Shown: positions 7,960 through 16,765 of the stretch, piece by piece
Layout of the letters: every line of letters starts with the position of its first letter
Numbering within the stretch: position 1 is the first letter of the stretch
From: Spirochaetota bacterium
GTDB taxonomy: Bacteria > Spirochaetota > UBA4802 > JAGODF01
Direction of reading: 5' to 3'
Assembly: GCA_035431765.1 (NCBI GenBank)
Contig: DAOMJL010000017.1
Coordinates: 1-44,986, forward strand
Length of the DNA stretch: 44,986 nucleotides
The notes under the pieces: model-generated
The model's database searches: none
Seen by the model: only the letters and a program-made list of their open reading frames with translations
What the model was told of the DNA's origin: nothing
Position numbers and translations under genes: made by a program

Positions 7960-9309
7960 ATGAGCCTCTATGAGCTTTTTATTGGATTCAGATATCTTAA
8001 GGCAAAGAAAAGCCAGGGATTTATCTCCTTCAACACTCTTCTTTCAATTTTTATCGTTTTTATCGGAGTGTTTATGCTGATCGTGGTGATTTCCGTTATG
8101 AACGGATTTCAAAGCCAGATCAAGGACAAAATACTCGATGTCGATGCCCATATAACTGTTACCAATTCGACACTGGAACAAAGAGGAGAGGGCATTCGGA
8201 ATTATAACGAGCTCGCGAAAAAAATTAGAAACATGAAAGGGGTTAAGTCGCTATCTCCTTTTGTGCAGGGTCAGGGGCTTTTCCGCTACCGCTCATATAT
8301 TTCTCCCGTTATGCTCAGGGGCATGGGAGATGTTAACGGGATGGCGGAGGACATGAAGAAATTCATTGTTCAGGGTCCGAAGACATTCAACAGCCTCCGG
8401 GATGTATTTATCGGTTCCGAGATGGCATGGAACTACAATCTGAAAATCGGTAGCCAGATTGAGCTGATTGTCCCGAAGGGCCAGCTGTCAGTACGGACCG
8501 GCGTTACCCCCGGAATTGGCGCATATCGCGTTGCGGGTTTTTTTAAGACAGGATATTATGAATTCGATACAAAACTTATAGTGCTTTCATTTAATGCCGC
8601 ACAACGGCTTTTTGATATTGGCGATGTGGCATGGGGCCTTGGCCTGAAAGTAAATGATATTTATAAAATGGAAACAATCGCGTCAAATGTGAGGGCACGG
8701 GTCGGTTTCAGCTATGACGTCCAGACTGCTGAGCAGCGCAATCAAAACCTCTTTTATGCCCTGCGCCTTGAGAAGCTTATTATGACAATCATTCTTTTCC
8801 TTGTCATTGTATCGGCAGGGTTTACCATCATGGGAACACTGGTTATGGTGGTGATGGAAAAGCGTAAAGCGATAGGCATACTTAAGTCGATGGGTGCAAA
8901 GCCGATTTCCATCATGGTCATTTTTATTATGGAAGGGTTCCTTATTGGTGTCACCGGTTCCATTCTTGGGGTTGTGTTCGGACTTGCGGCGTCTCTCAAC
9001 CTCGAAGCAATAATCAAGTGGGTCGAGATCAAGATCAATAATTCAATGGTGTTGTTCTATAATATTAGCGGATTTTTCTATGAGATTATCAATAAAGTGC
9101 TGGGAACAGACCTGCACACCGGCATATACCAGAATATCTCCCTTGTCCCCAAAAACGTGTATTATATTGACACAATACCTACTGAGATAAATCCGGAGTT
9201 TGTGGTAATGATTTCGATATTTGCGGTATTCCTTGCCACTGTCGCGGCAATATTCCCCTCATGGCAGGCTTCCAGGCAAAGACCGGTTGAAACAATACGA
9301 TATGAATAG
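7960..9309 (+). CDS. lolE: lipoprotein-releasing system permease, LolC/LolE (FtsX/MacB-type)
   Basis: N-terminus MSLYELFIGFRYLKAKK, then a TM segment, a ~230-aa periplasmic domain and three C-terminal TM segments (the FtsX fold). Followed by lolD. ATG 7960 is preferred over the TTG 7918 track start. Confidence 0.8.
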   Translation: MSLYELFIGFRYLKAKKSQGFISFNTLLSIFIVFIGVFMLIVVISVMNGFQSQIKDKILDVDAHITVTNSTLEQRGEGIRNYNELAKKIRNMKGVKSLSPFVQGQGLFRYRSYISPVMLRGMGDVNGMAEDMKKFIVQGPKTFNSLRDVFIGSEMAWNYNLKIGSQIELIVPKGQLSVRTGVTPGIGAYRVAGFFKTGYYEFDTKLIVLSFNAAQRLFDIGDVAWGLGLKVNDIYKMETIASNVRARVGFSYDVQTAEQRNQNLFYALRLEKLIMTIILFLVIVSAGFTIMGTLVMVVMEKRKAIGILKSMGAKPISIMVIFIMEGFLIGVTGSILGVVFGLAASLNLEAIIKWVEIKINNSMVLFYNISGFFYEIINKVLGTDLHTGIYQNISLVPKNVYYIDTIPTEINPEFVVMISIFAVFLATVAAIFPSWQASRQRPVETIRYE

Positions 9310-9318
9310 GATACAGGA

Positions 9319-10068
9319 ATGGAACGGGAACCGATAATAGAGATTTCAAAACTGCAGAAAATATACGGTTATGGCCGGAATGAGCTGAAGGTATTAAAAG
9401 GAATAGATCTTACTATAAATAAGGGCGATATCCTTTCAATTGTCGGTCCTTCCGGCGCGGGAAAGTCCACGCTCCTCAATATTATTGGCTGCCTTGACGG
9501 ATTCCAGTCAGGAAAGCTTGTTATAAACGGGAAGGATGTTTCACGGCTTACCGTCGAGGACCTTTCTGATTTCAGAAACAGATATATCGGTTTTATTTTT
9601 CAGCTCCACAATCTTCTCCCGGAGTTTACAGCCCTTGAAAATGTGATGTTGCCCCTTCTGATCAGAAGGATCAGCAGAAAAAAAGCAAAAAAACAGGCCG
9701 TTGAAATCATCGAGCGCTTTGGACTGGCCGACAGGGCTGAACACATGCCTATGGAGCTTTCCGGCGGTGAATGTCAGAGGATCGCGGTAGCCCGGTCAAT
9801 CATCGGTAATCCTGATCTCATTCTTGCCGATGAACCCACAGGGAGCCTTGACAGTGAAAACTCCCGGAATCTCACGAATATACTGTTTGAGCTGGGACGG
9901 GACAGAAATACCACAATAGTGATTGTAACCCATGATCTTGCTATCGCGGGAATGACAGAACGTACCATTACTCTCGTGGACGGAGAAATCACCAGTGATG
10001 ACGGAAACGGGCAGGACGGACAGCAGATACTGGAAACAGATACGGATAATAAAGAAAACCTGGCGTAA
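9319..10068 (+). CDS. lolD: lipoprotein-releasing ABC transporter ATP-binding protein LolD-like
   Basis: Walker A GPSGAGKST, signature LSGGECQRIAVARS, Walker B LILADEPTGSLD, H-loop VTHD. Starts 10 nt after the permease gene. Confidence 0.85.
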   Translation: MEREPIIEISKLQKIYGYGRNELKVLKGIDLTINKGDILSIVGPSGAGKSTLLNIIGCLDGFQSGKLVINGKDVSRLTVEDLSDFRNRYIGFIFQLHNLLPEFTALENVMLPLLIRRISRKKAKKQAVEIIERFGLADRAEHMPMELSGGECQRIAVARSIIGNPDLILADEPTGSLDSENSRNLTNILFELGRDRNTTIVIVTHDLAIAGMTERTITLVDGEITSDDGNGQDGQQILETDTDNKENLA

Positions 10069-10171
10069 TTGTGATATTAATATTGTGTTACTTTATGATT
10101 GAACTGTGCGGTAATTGCGGGAAGCTGATACGGATGATGGTATACACATAATTTGCGGAGGGATATGCAGA

Positions 10172-11776
10172 ATGAAAATTGAATTTGTCGGTGGTGCGAG
10201 GTGTGTAACAGGATCGTGTTTTATTATTAAAACAGATGATTTTACTGTCATGGTGGACCGGGGTATGTTTCAGGGGAAAAAAGTGCTCCGGGACCGGAAT
10301 TATATGAAAGTGATTCATTCCCCCGGCCAGATCGATGCCCTGATCCTTACTCACGCGCATATAGACCATAGCGGACTTATCCCGAAAATGGTGAAGGAAG
10401 GATTTACCAAACCGATTTTTGCGACAAAGGCAACTGTCGACCTCTGTTCGATCATGCTTCCTGACAGCGCCCATATTCAGGAAATGGATACCGAGTGGAT
10501 AAACAAAAAAAATAAAAAACTTGGTATCGACCCCGTGGAACCGCTGTACACAGTCAAGGATGCTGAAGCATCAATACAGCAGTTTGTTCCGGTAAACTAC
10601 AATGATATGGTTGATATCGTCCCCGGAGTGAAGGCTCGCTACCGGGATGCCGGACATATCCTCGGATCATCCTTTGTTGAGGTATGGGTGGAGGAAAAGG
10701 GGAAAACCACGAAAATAGTTTTTTCCGGCGATGTAGGGTCCCGGGACCAGGCCATAATCAGAAACCCGGAGGTCGCAGAGGATGCTGATATCCTCTTAAT
10801 AGAATCAACCTATGGCAACCGGCTCCATAAAAGTAAAGCTGACACCTATGAAGAATTTAAAAATATTATCAACGAGTCATACAACCTTAACGGAAACATT
10901 GTTATACCAGCTTTTGCGATTGAGCGGACGCAGGAAATAATCTATACACTGGGAAAGCTGGTCAAAGAAGGAGCGATCCCAAAAATTCCCGTTTATATCG
11001 ATTCTCCTCTTGCGATTTCGGCAACAGAAATATTCCGGAAAAACAGGGAATGCTTTGATGATGAGGCGAAAAGTGTACTCCTGAACGGTGAAAGCCCCCT
11101 TGATTTTGACGGACTGTATTTTACCAGGACCACAGAAGAATCGAAGCGACTTAATAAGGAAGCGAAGGGAGCAATAATAATATCTGCAAGCGGTATGTGT
11201 ACCGCAGGCCGGATAAAGTTTCACCTTCAGAATAACCTGTACAAGCCGGAATCCAGTATAATATTTGTCGGCTTCCAGGCTGAAGGCACCCTGGGGAGGC
11301 AGCTCGTTGACGGAGCAAAACGGGTCAGGGTGTACGGTGAAGATGTCGTCGTAAATGCAAAAATTCACACCCTCGGCGGTTTCTCCGGTCATGCTGACAG
11401 GAACGGGTTGATAGAATGGATGCGCAGTATTAAAAAAAAGGAGGGGCTCAGGGTCTTTATTGTCCACGGTGAAGAAAAGGCCTCTCTGAGTTTTGCTGAT
11501 ACAGTGAAGGTGGAGTTTAATGTTGATGCCTATGTCCCGCATTGGGGAGAAATTGTTGATGTCGATACAATGGAGAGCACGTATTCGGATTACAGCGGAG
11601 CAGGGGTATCACATGATTTCGAAGGCGCATTGAATGTTCTGCAGGGAAAACTTCATGTCCTTGTTGAAAAATACCAGAAAGCGAAAAAAGATCAGCGCAG
11701 TTATGACATAGAGAAGTTTGAGCATGATATACGGGACCTCAGCGAAATGATTGACCACATGAGCGAAGATGTATAG
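10172..11776 (+). CDS. beta-CASP family metallo-beta-lactamase (RNA-processing nuclease-like)
   Basis: 534 aa. MBL motif LTHAHIDHSG, then DAGHILGS, ESTYG and GFSGHAD, with a beta-CASP-like middle region. GGAGG sits 10 nt before ATG 10172 (the track start 10115 is a GTG extension). About 70 aa of charged C-terminal tail. Confidence 0.8.
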   Translation: MKIEFVGGARCVTGSCFIIKTDDFTVMVDRGMFQGKKVLRDRNYMKVIHSPGQIDALILTHAHIDHSGLIPKMVKEGFTKPIFATKATVDLCSIMLPDSAHIQEMDTEWINKKNKKLGIDPVEPLYTVKDAEASIQQFVPVNYNDMVDIVPGVKARYRDAGHILGSSFVEVWVEEKGKTTKIVFSGDVGSRDQAIIRNPEVAEDADILLIESTYGNRLHKSKADTYEEFKNIINESYNLNGNIVIPAFAIERTQEIIYTLGKLVKEGAIPKIPVYIDSPLAISATEIFRKNRECFDDEAKSVLLNGESPLDFDGLYFTRTTEESKRLNKEAKGAIIISASGMCTAGRIKFHLQNNLYKPESSIIFVGFQAEGTLGRQLVDGAKRVRVYGEDVVVNAKIHTLGGFSGHADRNGLIEWMRSIKKKEGLRVFIVHGEEKASLSFADTVKVEFNVDAYVPHWGEIVDVDTMESTYSDYSGAGVSHDFEGALNVLQGKLHVLVEKYQKAKKDQRSYDIEKFEHDIRDLSEMIDHMSEDV

Positions 11777-11829
11777 GGGAAAGATGTCTTAACCCCCTCA
11801 TTTTTGCGGATCGATAAGAAATGATAACT

Positions 11830-11859
11830 GACGCCGGTGTTTATCCGGCGTCTTTTTTT
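11830..11859 (+). terminator. rho-independent terminator
   Basis: GACGCCGG (11830-11837), 7-nt loop, CCGGCGTC (11845-11852), followed by T7 (11853-11859). Confidence 0.85.
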
Positions 11860-11951
11860 GTGCATCCTGTATTATGTCAATTTTTTTATATTAAGCATAC
11901 AGGAAAATACTCCGAAAATAGTAGAATAGTAATGGAGTGGAGGATAACGAT

Positions 11952-12917
11952 ATGGCACAAAAGAAAACCGGGTCCCTTTTTGTCGGAGTACTGGTTCTCA
12001 CATTTATGGTACTTACTGCCTGTGCGCCGAACAGGGCGCTGACACGCAATAATCCTGAGTATCCGCAGGCACAGGAAGGAACAGACCATGTTGAAGAGAG
12101 TAATTTTACCTACAACAGCGATGTAAATGATACCGGCAGGGATGGAGAATATTACCGAGAGAGGCCTTCGCGGACATCAAATATGAACGTCCGGGAGAGC
12201 AGAGAGAACAGTGACGGGGACCGTGATATTTCATACGGCAGCAATAATTCTCCCCAGGGTGATAGTTTTTTCCAGAAAGGGGAGGCCTCCTGGTACGGAA
12301 GGGAGTTTCATGGAAAACTAACCGCTTCAGGGGAGCGTTTTGATATGAACGGAAGTACCGCTGCGCACCGGACACTGCCGTTCGGAACGGTCCTCCTGGT
12401 GAAAAACCTGAATAATGGAAAGACAGTTACGGTAAAAATTAATGACAGGGGGCCGTATCGCCAGGGAAGAATTATTGATCTTTCGTACTCGGCGGCACGG
12501 GAACTCGATATGCTGCGAAGCGGTCATGCCGTGGTAGGGATTAAAGTCCTCAGCAGGGGAGAGGGGAACAGGTCCGCGAGCGGCAGGGACAGGGTTGTGG
12601 ACGACGGTGTTGAGCCGGTGGCAGGGGATGATTCCTATAATGATGAGGGACGTTCGGAAGCATCTTCCAGGAATGAAGATTCCGCGGGAGGAAGATTCAT
12701 GCTGCAGGCCGGTGCATTTTATTCACGTCAAAATGCTGATTCATTAAAACAGCGCATTCAGCGTTCATTCAGTAATCCGGTTGTTGTTGTACATGAAGAT
12801 GGGATGTACAAGGTAAGGGTTGAGTCAATAGCGTCAAGAAGTGAGGCGAACCGTTATAAAAGAATCCTTGCTGATGATAATATTTCGGCATTTGTTGTTG
12901 ATAATAACCGTCAATAA
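11952..12917 (+). CDS. rlpA: septal-ring lytic transglycosylase RlpA-family lipoprotein with C-terminal SPOR domain
   Basis: Lipoprotein signal MAQKKTGSLFVGVLVLTFMVLTAC. DPBB core GEASWYGREFHGKLTASGERFD...AHRTLPFGT...V.INDRGPY...IDLS. SPOR-like C-terminus FMLQAGAFYSRQNADSLKQRI...YKVRV. GGAGTGGAGG RBS. Confidence 0.85.
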   Translation: MAQKKTGSLFVGVLVLTFMVLTACAPNRALTRNNPEYPQAQEGTDHVEESNFTYNSDVNDTGRDGEYYRERPSRTSNMNVRESRENSDGDRDISYGSNNSPQGDSFFQKGEASWYGREFHGKLTASGERFDMNGSTAAHRTLPFGTVLLVKNLNNGKTVTVKINDRGPYRQGRIIDLSYSAARELDMLRSGHAVVGIKVLSRGEGNRSASGRDRVVDDGVEPVAGDDSYNDEGRSEASSRNEDSAGGRFMLQAGAFYSRQNADSLKQRIQRSFSNPVVVVHEDGMYKVRVESIASRSEANRYKRILADDNISAFVVDNNRQ

Positions 12918-12942
12918 GATATTGATTTCATGCGAACCTCTG

Positions 12943-12978
12943 AAACGGGGCTGTCCTGGAAGGGGCAGCCCCGTTTTA
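12943..12978 (+). terminator. rho-independent terminator
   Basis: AAACGGGGCTG (12943-12953) pairs with CAGCCCCGTTT (12966-12976), ending in a T run, 26 nt after the rlpA stop. Confidence 0.75.
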
Positions 12979-13158
12979 AATGAATTTCAGGTTTTTTTCG
13001 AAAAAAAATAAAAATTGTGCTTTCATGAAATAGCAAAGTTTTGTAATGTAACGCGAACATCAAGGGGAATTGCGTACTATTCTGCCGTTCTGCCGTTTTA
13101 ACAGGGGCCGCCTTGGGGGGCTGTTTTGTGCATTTTTCACGTTTCGGTTAAAAAAATA

Positions 13159-13186
13159 TTGACAGATTTCCCCCCTTTTTTAATAT
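13159..13186 (+). promoter_or_regulatory. sigma70-type promoter upstream of tRNA-Thr
   Basis: TTGACA (13159-13164), 16 nt spacer, TAATAT (13181-13186), 15 nt before the tRNA 5' end. Confidence 0.55.
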
Positions 13187-13201
13187 TTTGACTTCGCCTT
13201 C

Positions 13202-13274
13202 GCCCACGTAGCTCAGTCGGCAGAGCATTTGCATGGTAAGCAAAAGGTCACCAGTTCGATTCTGGTCGTGGGCT
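13202..13274 (+). tRNA. tRNA-Thr (anticodon GGU)
   Basis: Manual cloverleaf of 73 nt. Acceptor GCCCACG/CGTGGGC, D arm GCTC-AGTCGGCA-GAGC, anticodon arm TTTGC-ATGGTAA-GCAAA (GGT at positions 34-36), variable AGGTC, T arm ACCAG-TTCGATT-CTGGT. CCA is not encoded. Confidence 0.9.
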
Positions 13275-13438
13275 CTTGAATGTTATGTGTTGTGAAGAGT
13301 TGAAGGATTTCATATGGTTGTCATTGAAGTGTCCTGCGCGGCGATGATATGGTGCCATGTAGAATAAAGTTCTTGACGAGAGAGTATACTAATTCTTTAT
13401 TTGCTTTCCATCCATAATTATTATTAAAGGTCAGAGAA

Positions 13439-13591
13439 ATGCGAGATATTATACTGTTGTCCTGTAAGGATTGTAAGAGGCGTAATTATGCCGTTACAAA
13501 GAATAAGAAGAATCAGACCGGAAAACTTGAGGTGAAGAAGTATTGCAAGTTTTGCGATAAGCACACGCTGCATAAAGAAACGAAGGCGTAA
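13439..13591 (+). CDS. rpmG: 50S ribosomal protein L33 (Cys-containing form)
   Basis: Below the ORF-track cutoff; translated by hand to [50 protein letters not shown] (50 aa). CxxC...CxxC. In the canonical position before secE-nusG. Confidence 0.85.
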   Translation: MRDIILLSCKDCKRRNYAVTKNKKNQTGKLEVKKYCKFCDKHTLHKETKA

Positions 13592-13638
13592 TAAGAGCCG
13601 GAACCTGCTCCGAAAAAAGTTGACGGGGAATTATAGAT

Positions 13639-13818
13639 ATGAAGATGCTCGAGTTTATCCGTGAATCGCGTGAGGAACTAAAAAAGGTTGCCTGGCCGGA
13701 AAAGGAAGAAGTTAGTAATTTCACTATTGTGGTAATCGTCACACTGATTTTCGTGTCTGTTTTTCTGGGTATGGTTGATTTTGTTCTTAATAAGATTATT
13801 GGACTGCTGGTGAATTGA
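13639..13818 (+). CDS. secE: preprotein translocase subunit SecE
   Basis: Hand translation: MKMLEFIRESREELKKVAWPEKEEVSNFTIVVIVTLIFVSVFLGMVDFVLNKIIGLLVN (59 aa). Has the typical E.ELKKV.WP motif plus a single TM segment. Immediately precedes nusG. Confidence 0.85.
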   Translation: MKMLEFIRESREELKKVAWPEKEEVSNFTIVVIVTLIFVSVFLGMVDFVLNKIIGLLVN

Positions 13819-13820
13819 TA

Positions 13821-14378
13821 ATGACAAAGGAATGGTATGTCATACATACACATTCCGGGCACGAGAACAAGGTAAAGACTGCCCTGGAAATAAAACTTGT
13901 AAATCTTGGTATGGAGCTTGAGACAGGGTTCCGTATTAAAATACCTACACTTGATGTGCCCGAAATACGGGACGGGAAGAAGCGCGTAAAGTCAAAGAAG
14001 GTTTTTCCCGGATATGTGCTTATTGAGACTGAGCTGACTGATGACGTCAGAAAGATTGTGAAGGATACTCCCGGGGTGACAAATTTTCTGGGTGTATTTG
14101 ATTATGAGAAAGGTTCTTTTGAGCCGAAGGCTCTTTCCAAGAATGAGGTGAATTCTTTGTTTGCCCAGGTCGGGGAGCAGAGAGTGAAGGAGAAAGTTTC
14201 TGCTTCAATGGAGTTCTCCGTGGGCGAGCATGTAAAGGTTATTGACGGGCCTTTTAGTAATTTCAGCGGTGTAATAGAGGAAGTATATCCCGAGAAGGGC
14301 CGGTTGCGGGTAAAGGTTGAGATATTCGGCCGAGGAACTCCCGTTGAACTGGATTTTCTGCAGGTTGGAAAGATATAA
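13821..14378 (+). CDS. nusG: transcription termination/antitermination factor NusG
   Basis: MTKEWYVIHTHSGHENKV N-terminal domain, and a C-terminal KOW (GEHVKVIDGPFSNFSGVIEEV). ATG 13821 is two codons inside the TTG track start. Confidence 0.95.
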   Translation: MTKEWYVIHTHSGHENKVKTALEIKLVNLGMELETGFRIKIPTLDVPEIRDGKKRVKSKKVFPGYVLIETELTDDVRKIVKDTPGVTNFLGVFDYEKGSFEPKALSKNEVNSLFAQVGEQRVKEKVSASMEFSVGEHVKVIDGPFSNFSGVIEEVYPEKGRLRVKVEIFGRGTPVELDFLQVGKI

Positions 14379-14427
14379 CTTTCCTGTGATGATATCATTC
14401 TAAATTTTTAGAGTAAGGAATAGGACA

Positions 14428-14865
14428 ATGGCTCCCAAGAAGAAAAAGAAGATAATGACTCAAATCAAGCTGCAGATTCCGGGTGCGCAGGCAAATCCGG
14501 CTCCCCCCGTCGGACCGGCGCTTGGACAGCATGGTCTTAATATTATGGAATTCTGTAAGGCTTTTAATGACAGAACCAAGGACAAACCTGGTACAATTCT
14601 GCCGGTTGTAATTTCTGTATATGAAGACAGGACATATACTTTTATAATAAAAACCCCTCCTGCAGCAGTGCTTGTGAAAAAGGCAATCAAGATTGAAAAA
14701 GGATCGAGTGAGCCGAACAAGGTCAAGGCAGGCAAAATTACCAGGAAACAGCTTGAGGAAATTGCCGAGTTAAAGATGCCTGACCTTAACGCAAATGATA
14801 TTGCGGCTGCGGCAAAAATAATTGCCGGAACTGCACGCTCAATGGGCGTTGATGTGGTTGACTGA
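14428..14865 (+). CDS. rplK: 50S ribosomal protein L11
   Basis: [35 protein letters not shown]. Conserved order nusG-rplK-rplA. Confidence 0.97.
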   Translation: MAPKKKKKIMTQIKLQIPGAQANPAPPVGPALGQHGLNIMEFCKAFNDRTKDKPGTILPVVISVYEDRTYTFIIKTPPAAVLVKKAIKIEKGSSEPNKVKAGKITRKQLEEIAELKMPDLNANDIAAAAKIIAGTARSMGVDVVD

Positions 14866-14928
14866 TTTTCAGTAAGGTATTGGCAAGCCTGATACTACGA
14901 TGATATATTCAATTTTCGAGGATGTAAT

Positions 14929-15612
14929 ATGAAACACGGGAAGAAAATACAAGAGGCGAAAGCTAAGATAGATAAGCAGACACTGTACAGCGTTGATGAA
15001 GCTGTGGGGCTGATGCGCAATGCGAAATTCGCGAAATTTGACGAGTCTGTTGAAATGAGCATTAAGGTCGTGCATAAAAGCCTGCAGAATATACGGGGAA
15101 GTGTTGTTTTACCTCATGGAACCGGAAAGGAAGTGAAGGTTCTTGTAATATGCAAAGGTGATAAACAAAAAGAAGCTCTTGATGCCGGTGCGGATTATGT
15201 AGGCGCAGAGGATGTAATAGAGAAAATCAAGGATGGATGGGTTGATTTCCAGGCAGTTGTTGCGACCCCTGATATGATGAAAGATGTTGGAAAACTCGGT
15301 CCCGTTCTTGGGCGGAAAGGTCTTATGCCAAAACCGAAAGCTGGAACTGTTACTGATGATGTTAAGGGAATTGTGAAGGAGCTAAAAGGCGGGCGGGTTG
15401 AGTATAAAGCCGATAAAACAGGTGTTCTGCATTTAGGAATCGGAAAAATGTCTTTCGAGGATGTTATTATTGCTGATAATGTAAAAGCTTTTTATAATCA
15501 GGTTCTTCGGGACAAGCCGTCAGACGCGAAGGGAAACTATATCAAGTCTGTTCATATATCCTCAACAATGGGTCCGGGAATAAAAATTAACTATAAGGGG
15601 ATCGAGCGATAA
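14929..15612 (+). CDS. rplA: 50S ribosomal protein L1
   Basis: 227 aa. FDESVEMSIKV...LPHGTGKEVKVLV...VATPDMM..VGKLG..LGRKGLMP. The TAA stop overlaps the rplJ ATG (TAATG). Confidence 0.97.
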   Translation: MKHGKKIQEAKAKIDKQTLYSVDEAVGLMRNAKFAKFDESVEMSIKVVHKSLQNIRGSVVLPHGTGKEVKVLVICKGDKQKEALDAGADYVGAEDVIEKIKDGWVDFQAVVATPDMMKDVGKLGPVLGRKGLMPKPKAGTVTDDVKGIVKELKGGRVEYKADKTGVLHLGIGKMSFEDVIIADNVKAFYNQVLRDKPSDAKGNYIKSVHISSTMGPGIKINYKGIER

Positions 15613-16127
15613 TGGTTAAGCAATATAAAATTGACGAAGTAAAAAGCCTTGAAGAGAAACTTCAGGCCAAGAAAAATATAATCCTTACAAATTATACCGG
15701 AATAAAAGTGAAGGACCTCAGCGAACTTCGTAACAAGTTGAGAGAGGTTGGCGCTGATTATAAAGTTGTAAAAAACAACCTCTTTAAAATCGCGTTGAAG
15801 AACAACGGATATGAGGCCCTTGATGAACATCTGAAAGGTCCTGTTGCGGTTGCCTTTACAGCTGAGGATATAACTTCCACTGCGAAGGTTTTGAAGGAAT
15901 TTAAAAAAGAACAGGCAGCTTTCTCATTTTTTGCAGGAGTGATGGATGATGTCATTTATGATGCAGGTGGTGTGACGCGGCTTGCTGATCTTCCATCAAA
16001 AGAAGTGCTCCTTTCGCAGGTTCTCAGCCTCATAAATGGACCTGGTTCCGGAATTGCGATGGGAATGAATCAAATTATGGCATCACTTGCGCGGGGAATA
16101 AAGGCGGTTGCAGAGCAAAAAGGGTAG
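15612..16127 (+). CDS. rplJ: 50S ribosomal protein L10
   Basis: 171 aa. Y.G..V.DL.ELR.KLRE.GADYKVVKNNL is typical of L10. The start overlaps the rplA stop by 1 nt. Confidence 0.95.
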   Translation: MVKQYKIDEVKSLEEKLQAKKNIILTNYTGIKVKDLSELRNKLREVGADYKVVKNNLFKIALKNNGYEALDEHLKGPVAVAFTAEDITSTAKVLKEFKKEQAAFSFFAGVMDDVIYDAGGVTRLADLPSKEVLLSQVLSLINGPGSGIAMGMNQIMASLARGIKAVAEQKG

Positions 16128-16310
16128 CTATTCCCTGTTGTAAAAATAAGATTTTTTTGAGAAGAAAATTAAGGGTTGATACGTAGTTATTAGTTTGAGT
16201 CATGTGTTGTATCGGCGAAGAAAGTAATAACTCCCATTGATCCCTTGTAGGTTTTTACGGCATTGATCGTATTAACTTGAATAATTCACTAAGTATAAGG
16301 AGATTATGTT

Positions 16311-16688
16311 ATGGCAAAATTATCAGTTGAGGAGCTCCTCGAGGCAATCGGGTCTCTGACGTTACTTGAAGCGGCTGATCTTGTTAAAGCGATGGAAGAC
16401 AAGTTCGGTATATCAGCTGCGGCACCAGTTGCAGTTGCTGCGGCTCCTGCCGGCGGCGGTGAAGCAGAAGAAGAGAAGACCGAATTTGATGTTATTCTCA
16501 AAAGCTTTGGTGAGAAGAAAATCGAAGTTATCAAAGAAGTGCGCGCGATTACCGGTCTCGGTTTAAAAGAAGCGAAAGAGCTTGTTGAAGCTGGCGGAAA
16601 AGCTGTCAAAGAAAAAGTTTCCAAAGAAGAAGCGGCAAAAATTAAGGAACAGCTTGAAGGTGCCGGGGCTACTGTAGAGCTTGCATAA
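16311..16688 (+). CDS. rplL: 50S ribosomal protein L7/L12
   Basis: 125 aa. Ala-rich hinge [27 protein letters not shown]-terminal domain [30 protein letters not shown] sits 8 nt before the ATG. Confidence 0.97.
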   Translation: MAKLSVEELLEAIGSLTLLEAADLVKAMEDKFGISAAAPVAVAAAPAGGGEAEEEKTEFDVILKSFGEKKIEVIKEVRAITGLGLKEAKELVEAGGKAVKEKVSKEEAAKIKEQLEGAGATVELA

Positions 16689-16736
16689 TAATACTAAAAG
16701 TATTTCTAAAATTATTAAAGCGATATAGGATACTGG

Positions 16737-16765
16737 TAGGTTTGGTTGCGATGCAATCAAACCTA
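16737..16765 (+). terminator. 13-bp hairpin in the rplL-rpoB spacer (candidate attenuator or processing site)
   Basis: TAGGTTTGGTTGC (16737-16749), loop GAT, GCAATCAAACCTA (16753-16765). One G-U pair. Followed by TTGGTGTCTTG, which is U-rich but not a clean U tract. Confidence 0.4.

Noticed and set aside
13081-13096. Tandem direct repeat TCTGCCGT x2 upstream of the tRNA, near a G-rich pseudo-hairpin ending in TTTT.
   Set aside because: There are only two 8-nt units, so this is neither a CRISPR array nor a meaningful tandem repeat. The neighbouring hairpin has only about 5 contiguous base pairs.
13202-13274. The tRNA-Thr as a possible integration hotspot or genomic-island boundary.
   Set aside because: No integrase, no direct repeat of the tRNA 3' end, and no mobile-element genes lie on either side. 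The flanks are rlpA and the rpmG-secE-nusG cluster.
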